From the NCBI RefSeq assembly GCF_009914755.1, contig NC_060931.1: a stretch of DNA of 64,000 nucleotides; one strand, given 5' to 3'. A program made the translations under genes and the position numbers. The DNA is from the human T2T-CHM13v2.0 reference genome, Homo sapiens. The notes under the pieces are model-generated. The model ran no database searches. It was not told where the DNA came from and worked only from the letters and a program-made list of their open reading frames with translations. Of the stretch, positions 42,830 through 53,200 are shown piece after piece (position 1 is the stretch's first letter; each line of letters starts with the position of its first letter).

Positions 42830-44042
42830 CAGAAGGGAAAAACGGGGCCTGGAAAGGCCATTGTGAGGAATGAGCTGGGCCTAAAGAGGCCACTGGCAGG
42901 CAGGAGCTGGGACTGCCAAAGCCACCGAAAGGCAGGAGCTTTGGACTGGGGAGGCTACAGTGAGGCGAGAGCTAGCTGGGCGTGGAGAGTCCACTGTGAA
43001 GCCGAGGCCGGGCACGTGCAGGCCTTCGAGAGGCAGGAAGCCGGGCCTGCAAAGGCCGACTGGAGGTCAAGTTCTGGGCCTGAAGAGGCCACCAAAAGTC
43101 AAAAGCGGGGCCTGGGAAGGCCGCTGAGAGCCATGAGCTGGGCTGGGCCGAAAGAGGCCACTGGGAGGCAGGAGAGGCTGGGCCTGGAGAGGCTGACTCG
43201 AGGAAGTTTTGCACCTGGAGAGGCCGCCGAGAGGACGGAGCTGGGCCCGGGGAGGCCAACTTGCAGCTCTTCCAGGCCCACTTCCAGGATGACTTGAGTA
43301 CGACTTAGGCATGCAGAGGCCGCCGGGAGGCTGGAGCTGGGCCTGGAGAGGCCGACTTCAGGACGATTTGGGCCTGCAGAGGCCGCCGGGAGGCGCAAGA
43401 TGGGCCTAGAGGAACCCACCGACCGGAGGCCGTTGGGGGCCTGGAGACGCCGTCGGAGGGCAGGAGCTGAGCCTGGAGAGGCCACCGTGAGGCCTGACCT
43501 GGGCCTGGGGAGCTTGGCTTCAGGAAGTTGTGGGCCTACCAGGGCCACTGGGAGCTGGGCGGGAGCTGAGTCCAAAGACGTTGTTGGGAGGCCGGAGTCG
43601 GGCGTGGAGACGCAGCTGGGAGGAAGAGCTGGGCCCGGAGAGGATGCCGGGAGGCTGCAAGTGGGTCTGGAGAGGCCGACTTGAGGAGGCCCGGCCTCTG
43701 CCTCCCGCATGGCGGCCTCTGCAGGCCCAGCTGTTCCTCCTGGCTGCATCTCTCGGCCCACATCCTGCCTCTCAGCAAGCAAGCTCTTTTGGCTCAGCTC
43801 CCACCGGCGTTTGTAGACCCCGAAGTTTCTGCAGCCAAGCTCTTCAGGCCCACATCCTGCCTCCCGGTGGCCTGTACAGTCCCAGCTCTGGCAGCAGAAG
43901 AGCGTCTGCAGGCCCCGCTGTGGCCTCCCAGGGGCATATCCAGGCCCAGCTCTCCCCCCACTGCGGCCTCCCGGGGCCAAGTCCCTGCCTGCTCCCGGCA
44001 GCCTGCGTGCGGCCCTGCTCCTCCCTCACGGGGGCCTGTTGA
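42830..44042. repeat. Degenerate GC-rich ~32-bp tandem repeat with a strand switch near 43690; most diverged copy of the array unit
   Basis: Monomer about gagctgggcctggagaggccgccgggaggcag, forward to ~43690 and reverse-complement thereafter, ending tcctccctcacgggggcctgttga. Confidence 0.85.
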
Positions 44043-45915
44043 GGCAGGGGCTCACGCGGACCTCTCTCGGCGTGGGAGGGGCCGGTGTGAGGCAAGGGGC
44101 TCACGCTGACCTCTCTCGGCGTGGGAGGGGCCGGTGTGAGGCAAGGGGCTCACACCGACCTCTCAGCATGGGAGGGGCCGGTGTGAGGCAAGGGGTCACG
44201 CTGACCTCTCTCTGCATGGGAGGCGCCGGTGTGAGCCAAGGGGTCAGCGTGGGAGGGGCCAGTGTGAGGCAAGGGGCTCACACCGACCTCTCTCAGGGTG
44301 GGAGGGGCCAGTGTGAGGCAAGGGGCTGACGCCGACCTCTCTCAGCGTGGGAGGGGCCAGTGTGAGGCAAGGGGCTCATGCCGACCTTTCTCAGCGTGGG
44401 AGGGGCCAGTGTGAGGCAAGGGGCTCACGCTGACCTCTCGGCGTGGGAGGGGCCGGTGTGAGGCAAGGGGCTCACGCTGACCTCTCTCTGCGTGGGAGGG
44501 GCCGGTGTGAGGCAAGGGGTCAGCGTGGGAGGGGCCAGTGTGAGGCAAGGGGCTCACGCCGACCTCTCAGCGTGGGAGCGGCAGGTGTGAGGCAAGGGGA
44601 CACGCTGACCTCTCTGCGTGGGAGGGGCCGGTGTGAGCCAAGGGGTCAGCGTGGGAGGGACCAGTGTGAGGCAAGGGGCTCACACCCACCTCTGTCAGGG
44701 AGGGAGGGGCCAGTGTGAGGCAAGGGGCTCATGCCGACCTCTCTCAGCATGGGAGGGGCCAGTGTGAGGCAAGGGGCTCAGGCTGACCTCTCTGCGTGGG
44801 AGGGGCCGGTGTGAGGCAAGGGCTCACGCTGACCTCTCTCGGCCTGGGAGGGGCCAGTGTGAGGCAAGGGGCTCACGCCCACCTCTCAGCCTGGGAAGGG
44901 CCGGTGTGAGGCAAGGGGTCAGCATGGGAGGGGCCGGTGTGAGGCAAGGGGCTCACACCAACCTCTGTCAGCGTGGGAGTGGCCAGTGTGAGGCAAAGGG
45001 CTCATGCGGACCTCTCTCAGTGTGGGAGGGTCCGGTGTGAGGCAAGGGGTCAGCATGGGAGGGGCTGGTGTGAGGCAAGGGGCTCACACCAACCTCTGTC
45101 AGGGTGGGAGGGGCCAGTGTGAGGCAAGGGGCTCATGCGGGCCTCTCTCAGCGTGAGAGGGGCCGGTGTGAGGCAAGGGGCTCACGCCGACGTCTCTCAG
45201 CGTGGCAGGGGCCAGTGTGAGGCAAGGGCTCACGCTGACCTCTCTCAGCGTGGGAGGGGCCGGTGTGAGGCAAGGGGCTCATGCGGCCCTCTCTCAGCGT
45301 GGGAGGGGCCGGTGTGAGGCAAGGGGCTCACGCCAACCTCTCAGCATGGGAGGGGCCGGTGTGAGGCACGGGGTCACGCTGACCTCTCTCTGCGTGGGAT
45401 GAGCCGGCGTGAGCCAAGGGGTCAGCGTGGGAGGGGACAGTGTGAGGGAAGGGGCTCACACCTTCCTCTCTCAGGGTGGGAGGGGCCAGTGTGAGGCAAG
45501 GGGCTCACGCCGACCTCTCTCAGCATGGGAGGGGCCAGTGTGAGGCAAGGGGCTCATGGCGACCTCTCTCAGCGTGGGAGGGGCCTGTGTGAGGCAAGGG
45601 GCTCACGCTGACCTCTCGGCGTGGGAGGGGCCGGTGTGAGGCAAGGGGCTCATGCCAACGTCTCTCAGCGTGGCAGGGGCCAGTGTGAGGCAAGGGCTCA
45701 CGCTGACCTCTCTCAGCGTGGGAGGGGCCACTGGGAGGCAAGGGCTCATGCTGACCTCTCTCGGCGTGGGAGGGGCCGGTGTGAGGCAAGGGATCAGCGT
45801 GGGAGGGGCCAGTGTGAGGCAAGGGGCTCACGCCGACCTCTCTCAGTGTGGGAGGGGCCGGTGTGAGGCAAGGGCTCATGCCGACCTCGCTCAGTGTGGG
45901 AGGAGCCAGTGTGAG
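44043..45915 (+). repeat. 49-bp G-rich minisatellite (VNTR) with 47-, 48- and 33-bp variants, ~1.9 kb
   Basis: Unit tgtgaggcaaggggctcacgctgacctctctcggcgtgggaggggccgg (tcac at 44101 and 44150). Short variant tgtgagccaaggggtcagcgtgggaggggccag. Confidence 0.96.
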
Positions 45916-45963
45916 GTAGCGACTCGCGCCTCTGGGCAGGGTGCCAGAGGCATGAGTTGGGCA

Positions 45964-47217
45964 TCAACAGGCCACCGTGAGGGAGGAAGTGGCCCGCACG
46001 CGGGCTGCCGGGAGGCAGGCAGGGATTTGGCCCCAGGAGGCCGCCGTGGGGGTGAGAGATGGGCCTGGAGAGGCCCCTGGGAGGCAAGAGCGGGTCCTGC
46101 AGAGGCTGTTCTACAGCCAGAGCTGGGCCTGTACAGGCCACCGAGAGGCAGTAGGTGGGCCCGAAGAGCTTGGCTTGAGAAAGTTCGGGGCCTACAAAGG
46201 CGGCTGGGAGCTGGGCAGGAGTTGAGCCAAAAGAGCTTGCTTACTTGCTGGGAGGCAGGGCCGGGAGACGCTGACTTCAGGACGACTTGGGCCTGCAGAG
46301 GTCGCCAGGAGGCCCAAGCTGGGCGTGGAGGAGCCCACCGACCAGAGACCATTTGGGGCCTGGAGACGCCATCGGAGGGCAGGAGCTGATCCTGGAGAGG
46401 CCACCGTGAGGCCTGACCTGGGCCTGGGGAGCTTGGCTTGAGGAAGCTGTGGGCGGACCAAGGCCGCCAGGAGATGGGCAGGCGCTGAGTCCAAAGAGGT
46501 TGTTGGGAGGCAGCAGTCGGGCCTGGAGACGCAGCCGGGAGGAAGAGCTGGGCCCGGCGAGGACACCGGGAGGCTGCAAGTGGTTCTGGAGAGGCCGACT
46601 TGAGGAGGCCCGGCCTCTGCCTCAAGCATGGCGGCCTCTGCAGGCCCAGCTGTTCCTCCTGCCTCCCAGCAAGCAAGCTCTTTTGGCTCAGCTCCCGCCG
46701 GCGTTTGTAGACCGCGAAGTTTCTGCAGCAAAGCTCTTCAGGCCCACATCCTGCCTCCCAGTGGCCTGCACCCAGAGTCCCAGCTCTGGCAGCAGAAGAG
46801 CGTCAGCAGGCCCCGCTGTTGCCTCCCAGGGGCGTCTCCAGGCCCAGCTCTCGCCCCACCACGGCCTCCCGCGGCCAAGTCCCTGCCTGCTCCCGGCAGC
46901 CTGCGTACGGCCCTGCTCCTCCCTCACGGTGGCCTGTTGAGGCAGGGGCTCACGCTGACCTCTCTCGGCGTGGGAGGGGCCGGTGTGAGGCAAGGGGCTC
47001 ACGCTGACCTCTCTCGGCGTGAGAGGGGCCGGTGTGAGGCAAGGGGCTCACGCTGACCTCTCTCTGCGTGGGAGGGGCCGGTGTGAGCCAAGGGGTCAGT
47101 GTGGGAGGGGCCGGTGTGAGGCAAGGGGCTCACGCCGACCTCTCTCAGCGTGGGAGGAGCCAGTGTGAGGCAGGGACTCACGCCTCTGCGCAGGGTGCCA
47201 GCGGCATGAGTTGGGCA
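45964..47217. repeat. Diverged edge copy of the 1,298-bp unit
   Basis: Same tcaacaggccaccgtgagggagga...tcctccctcacggtggcctgttga frame, but with indels, many substitutions and one fewer minisatellite unit. Confidence 0.9.
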
Positions 47218-50200
47218 TCAACAGGCCACCGTGAGGGAGGAACTGGGCCGCACGCGGGCTGCCGGGAGGCCGCCGTGGGGGCGAGAGCTGGGCCTGGAGA
47301 GGCCCCTGGGAGGCAAGAGCGGGACCTGCAGAGGCTGTTCTACCGCCAGAGCTGGGCCTGTACAGGCCACCGAGAGGCAGTAGGCGGGCGCGAAGAGCTT
47401 GGCTCGAGAAAGTTCGGGGCCTACAAAGGCGGTTTTGAGCTGGGCAGGAGTTGAGCCCAAAGAGCTTGCTTACTTGCTGGGAGGCAGGGCCGGGAGACGC
47501 TGACTTCAGGACGACTTGGGCCTGCAGAGGTCGCCAGGAGGCCCAAGCTGGGCGCGGAGGAGCCCACCGACCGGAGACCGTTTGGGGCCTGGAGACGCCA
47601 TCGGAGGGCAGGAGCTGATCCTGGAGAGGCCACCGTGAGGCCTGACCTGGGCCTGGGGAGCTTGGCTTGAGGAAGCTGTGGGCCGACCAAGGCCGCCAGG
47701 AGATGGGCAGGCGCTGAGTCCAAAGAGGTTGTTGGGAGGCAGCAGTCGGGCCTGGAGACGCAGCCGGGAGGAAGAGCTGGGCCCGGAGAGGACGCCGGGA
47801 GGCCGCATGTGGGTCTGGAGAGGCCGACTTGAGGAGGCCCGGCCTCTGCCTCCCTCAGGGCGGCCTCTGCAGGCCCAGCTGTTCCTCCTGGCTGCATCTC
47901 TCGGCCCAGCTCCTGCCTCCCAGCAGGCAAGCTCTTTTGGCTCAGCTCCCTCCAGCGTTTGTAGACCCCGAAGTTTCTGCAGCCAAGCTCTTCAGGCCCA
48001 CATCCTGCCTCCCGGTGGCCTGTACAGTCCCAGCTCTGGCAGCAGAAGAGCGTCAGCAGGCCCCGCTGTTGCCTCCCAGGGGCGTCTCCAGGCCCAGCTC
48101 TCGCCCCACCACGGCCTCCCGCGGCCAAGTCCCTGCCTGCTCCCGGCAGCCTGCGTACGGCCCTGCTCCTCCCTCACGGTGGCCTGTTGAGGCAGGGGCT
48201 CACGCTGACCTCTCTCGGCGTGGGAGGGGCCGGTGTGAGGCAAGGGCTCACGCTGACCTCTCTCGGCGTGGGAGGGGCCGGTGTGAGGCAAGGGGCTCAC
48301 GCCGACCTCTCTCGGCGTGAGAGGGGCCGGTGTGAGGCAAGGGGCTCACGCTGACCTCTCTCTGCGTGGGAGGGGCCGGTGTGAGCCAAGGGGTCAGTGT
48401 GGGAGGGGCCGGTGTGAGGCAAGGGGCTCACGCCGACCTCTCTCAGCGTGGGAGGAGCCAGTGTGAGGCAGGGACTCACGCCTCTGCGCAGGGTGCCAGC
48501 GGCATGAGTTGGGCATCAACAGGCCACCGTGAGGGAGGAACTGGGCCGCACGCGGGCTGCCGGGAGGCCGCCGTGGGGGCGAGAGCTGGGCCTGGAGAGG
48601 CCCCTGGGAGGCAAGAGCGGGACCTGCAGAGGCTGTTCTACCGCCAGAGCTGGGCCTGTACAGGCCACCGAGAGGCAGTAGGCGGGCGCGAAGAGCTTGG
48701 CTCGAGAAAGTTCGGGGCCTACAAAGGCGGTTTTGAGCTGGGCAGGAGTTGAGCCCAAAGAGCTTGCTTACTTGCTGGGAGGCAGGGCCGGGAGACGCTG
48801 ACTTCAGGACGACTTGGGCCTGCAGAGGTCGCCAGGAGGCCCAAGCTGGGCGCGGAGGAGCCCACCGACCGGAGACCGTTTGGGGCCTGGAGACGCCATC
48901 GGAGGGCAGGAGCTGATCCTGGAGAGGCCACCGTGAGGCCTGACCTGGGCCTGGGGAGCTTGGCTTGAGGAAGCTGTGGGCCGACCAAGGCCGCCAGGAG
49001 ATGGGCAGGCGCTGAGTCCAAAGAGGTTGTTGGGAGGCAGCAGTCGGGCCTGGAGACGCAGCCGGGAGGAAGAGCTGGGCCCGGAGAGGACGCCGGGAGG
49101 CCGCATGTGGGTCTGGAGAGGCCGACTTGAGGAGGCCCGGCCTCTGCCTCCCTCAGGGCGGCCTCTGCAGGCCCAGCTGTTCCTCCTGGCTGCATCTCTC
49201 GGCCCAGCTCCTGCCTCCCAGCAGGCAAGCTCTTTTGGCTCAGCTCCCTCCAGCGTTTGTAGACCCCGAAGTTTCTGCAGCCAAGCTCTTCAGGCCCACA
49301 TCCTGCCTCCCGGTGGCCTGTACAGTCCCAGCTCTGGCAGCAGAAGAGCGTCAGCAGGCCCCGCTGTTGCCTCCCAGGGGCGTCTCCAGGCCCAGCTCTC
49401 GCCCCACCACGGCCTCCCGCGGCCAAGTCCCTGCCTGCTCCCGGCAGCCTGCGTACGGCCCTGCTCCTCCCTCACGGTGGCCTGTTGAGGCAGGGGCTCA
49501 CGCTGACCTCTCTCGGCGTGGGAGGGGCCGGTGTGAGGCAAGGGCTCACGCTGACCTCTCTCGGCGTGGGAGGGGCCGGTGTGAGGCAAGGGGCTCACGC
49601 CGACCTCTCTCGGCGTGAGAGGGGCCGGTGTGAGGCAAGGGGCTCACGCTGACCTCTCTCTGCGTGGGAGGGGCCGGTGTGAGCCAAGGGGTCAGTGTGG
49701 GAGGGGCCGGTGTGAGGCAAGGGGCTCACGCCGACCTCTCTCAGCGTGGGAGGAGCCAGTGTGAGGCAGGGACTCACGCCTCTGCGCAGGGTGCCAGCGG
49801 CATGAGTTGGGCATCAACAGGCCACCGTGAGGGAGGAACTGGGCCGCACGCGGGCTGCCGGGAGGCCGCCGTGGGGGCGAGAGCTGGGCCTGGAGAGGCC
49901 CCTGGGAGGCAAGAGCGGGACCTGCAGAGGCTGTTCTACCGCCAGAGCTGGGCCTGTACAGGCCACCGAGAGGCAGTAGGCGGGCGCGAAGAGCTTGGCT
50001 CGAGAAAGTTCGGGGCCTACAAAGGCGGTTTTGAGCTGGGCAGGAGTTGAGCCCAAAGAGCTTGCTTACTTGCTGGGAGGCAGGGCCGGGAGACGCTGAC
50101 TTCAGGACGACTTGGGCCTGCAGAGGTCGCCAGGAGGCCCAAGCTGGGCGCGGAGGAGCCCACCGACCGGAGACCGTTTGGGGCCTGGAGACGCCATCGG

Positions 50201-53200
50201 AGGGCAGGAGCTGATCCTGGAGAGGCCACCGTGAGGCCTGACCTGGGCCTGGGGAGCTTGGCTTGAGGAAGCTGTGGGCCGACCAAGGCCGCCAGGAGAT
50301 GGGCAGGCGCTGAGTCCAAAGAGGTTGTTGGGAGGCAGCAGTCGGGCCTGGAGACGCAGCCGGGAGGAAGAGCTGGGCCCGGAGAGGACGCCGGGAGGCC
50401 GCATGTGGGTCTGGAGAGGCCGACTTGAGGAGGCCCGGCCTCTGCCTCCCTCAGGGCGGCCTCTGCAGGCCCAGCTGTTCCTCCTGGCTGCATCTCTCGG
50501 CCCAGCTCCTGCCTCCCAGCAGGCAAGCTCTTTTGGCTCAGCTCCCTCCAGCGTTTGTAGACCCCGAAGTTTCTGCAGCCAAGCTCTTCAGGCCCACATC
50601 CTGCCTCCCGGTGGCCTGTACAGTCCCAGCTCTGGCAGCAGAAGAGCGTCAGCAGGCCCCGCTGTTGCCTCCCAGGGGCGTCTCCAGGCCCAGCTCTCGC
50701 CCCACCACGGCCTCCCGCGGCCAAGTCCCTGCCTGCTCCCGGCAGCCTGCGTACGGCCCTGCTCCTCCCTCACGGTGGCCTGTTGAGGCAGGGGCTCACG
50801 CTGACCTCTCTCGGCGTGGGAGGGGCCGGTGTGAGGCAAGGGCTCACGCTGACCTCTCTCGGCGTGGGAGGGGCCGGTGTGAGGCAAGGGGCTCACGCCG
50901 ACCTCTCTCGGCGTGAGAGGGGCCGGTGTGAGGCAAGGGGCTCACGCTGACCTCTCTCTGCGTGGGAGGGGCCGGTGTGAGCCAAGGGGTCAGTGTGGGA
51001 GGGGCCGGTGTGAGGCAAGGGGCTCACGCCGACCTCTCTCAGCGTGGGAGGAGCCAGTGTGAGGCAGGGACTCACGCCTCTGCGCAGGGTGCCAGCGGCA
51101 TGAGTTGGGCATCAACAGGCCACCGTGAGGGAGGAACTGGGCCGCACGCGGGCTGCCGGGAGGCCGCCGTGGGGGCGAGAGCTGGGCCTGGAGAGGCCCC
51201 TGGGAGGCAAGAGCGGGACCTGCAGAGGCTGTTCTACCGCCAGAGCTGGGCCTGTACAGGCCACCGAGAGGCAGTAGGCGGGCGCGAAGAGCTTGGCTCG
51301 AGAAAGTTCGGGGCCTACAAAGGCGGTTTTGAGCTGGGCAGGAGTTGAGCCCAAAGAGCTTGCTTACTTGCTGGGAGGCAGGGCCGGGAGACGCTGACTT
51401 CAGGACGACTTGGGCCTGCAGAGGTCGCCAGGAGGCCCAAGCTGGGCGCGGAGGAGCCCACCGACCGGAGACCGTTTGGGGCCTGGAGACGCCATCGGAG
51501 GGCAGGAGCTGATCCTGGAGAGGCCACCGTGAGGCCTGACCTGGGCCTGGGGAGCTTGGCTTGAGGAAGCTGTGGGCCGACCAAGGCCGCCAGGAGATGG
51601 GCAGGCGCTGAGTCCAAAGAGGTTGTTGGGAGGCAGCAGTCGGGCCTGGAGACGCAGCCGGGAGGAAGAGCTGGGCCCGGAGAGGACGCCGGGAGGCCGC
51701 ATGTGGGTCTGGAGAGGCCGACTTGAGGAGGCCCGGCCTCTGCCTCCCTCAGGGCGGCCTCTGCAGGCCCAGCTGTTCCTCCTGGCTGCATCTCTCGGCC
51801 CAGCTCCTGCCTCCCAGCAGGCAAGCTCTTTTGGCTCAGCTCCCTCCAGCGTTTGTAGACCCCGAAGTTTCTGCAGCCAAGCTCTTCAGGCCCACATCCT
51901 GCCTCCCGGTGGCCTGTACAGTCCCAGCTCTGGCAGCAGAAGAGCGTCAGCAGGCCCCGCTGTTGCCTCCCAGGGGCGTCTCCAGGCCCAGCTCTCGCCC
52001 CACCACGGCCTCCCGCGGCCAAGTCCCTGCCTGCTCCCGGCAGCCTGCGTACGGCCCTGCTCCTCCCTCACGGTGGCCTGTTGAGGCAGGGGCTCACGCT
52101 GACCTCTCTCGGCGTGGGAGGGGCCGGTGTGAGGCAAGGGCTCACGCTGACCTCTCTCGGCGTGGGAGGGGCCGGTGTGAGGCAAGGGGGCTCACGCTGA
52201 CCTCTCTCGGCGTGAGAGGGGCCGGTGTGAGGCAAGGGGCTCACGCTGACCTCTCTCTGCGTGGGAGGGGCCGGTGTGAGCCAAGGGGTCAGTGTGGGAG
52301 GGGCCGGTGTGAGGCAAGGGGCTCACGCCGACCTCTCTCAGCGTGGGAGGAGCCAGTGTGAGGCAGGGACTCACGCCTCTGCGCAGGGTGCCAGCGGCAT
52401 GAGTTGGGCATCAACAGGCCACCGTGAGGGAGGAACTGGGCCGCACGCGGGCTGCCGGGAGGCCGCCGTGGGGGCGAGAGCTGGGCCTGGAGAGGCCCCT
52501 GGGAGGCAAGAGCGGGACCTGCAGAGGCTGTTCTACCGCCAGAGCTGGGCCTGTACAGGCCACCGAGAGGCAGTAGGCGGGCGCGAAGAGCTTGGCTCGA
52601 GAAAGTTCGGGGCCTACAAAGGCGGTTTTGAGCTGGGCAGGAGTTGAGCCCAAAGAGCTTGCTTACTTGCTGGGAGGCAGGGCCGGGAGACGCTGACTTC
52701 AGGACGACTTGGGCCTGCAGAGGTCGCCAGGAGGCCCAAGCTGGGCGCGGAGGAGCCCACCGACCGGAGACCGTTTGGGGCCTGGAGACGCCATCGGAGG
52801 GCAGGAGCTGATCCTGGAGAGGCCACCGTGAGGCCTGACCTGGGCCTGGGGAGCTTGGCTTGAGGAAGCTGTGGGCCGACCAAGGCCGCCAGGAGATGGG
52901 CAGGCGCTGAGTCCAAAGAGGTTGTTGGGAGGCAGCAGTCGGGCCTGGAGACGCAGCCGGGAGGAAGAGCTGGGCCCGGAGAGGACGCCGGGAGGCCGCA
53001 TGTGGGTCTGGAGAGGCCGACTTGAGGAGGCCCGGCCTCTGCCTCCCTCAGGGCGGCCTCTGCAGGCCCAGCTGTTCCTCCTGGCTGCATCTCTCGGCCC
53101 AGCTCCTGCCTCCCAGCAGGCAAGCTCTTTTGGCTCAGCTCCCTCCAGCGTTTGTAGACCCCGAAGTTTCTGCAGCCAAGCTCTTCAGGCCCACATCCTG

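Noticed and set aside
44043-45915. CRISPR-like repeat array
   Set aside because: Eukaryotic context, contiguous repeats with no unique spacers, and no cas genes. It is a minisatellite.
47421-48128. 235-aa minus-strand ORF (and 170/163/128/100-aa ORFs) repeated in each array unit, as a possible tandem gene family
   Set aside because: The 235-aa ORF starts at TTG, ORFs overlap in many frames, composition is low-complexity P/G/A/S/R with no domain, and edge copies have frame-breaking indels. This is expected from stop-poor GC-rich repeats. Ribo-seq or proteomics would be needed to revive it.
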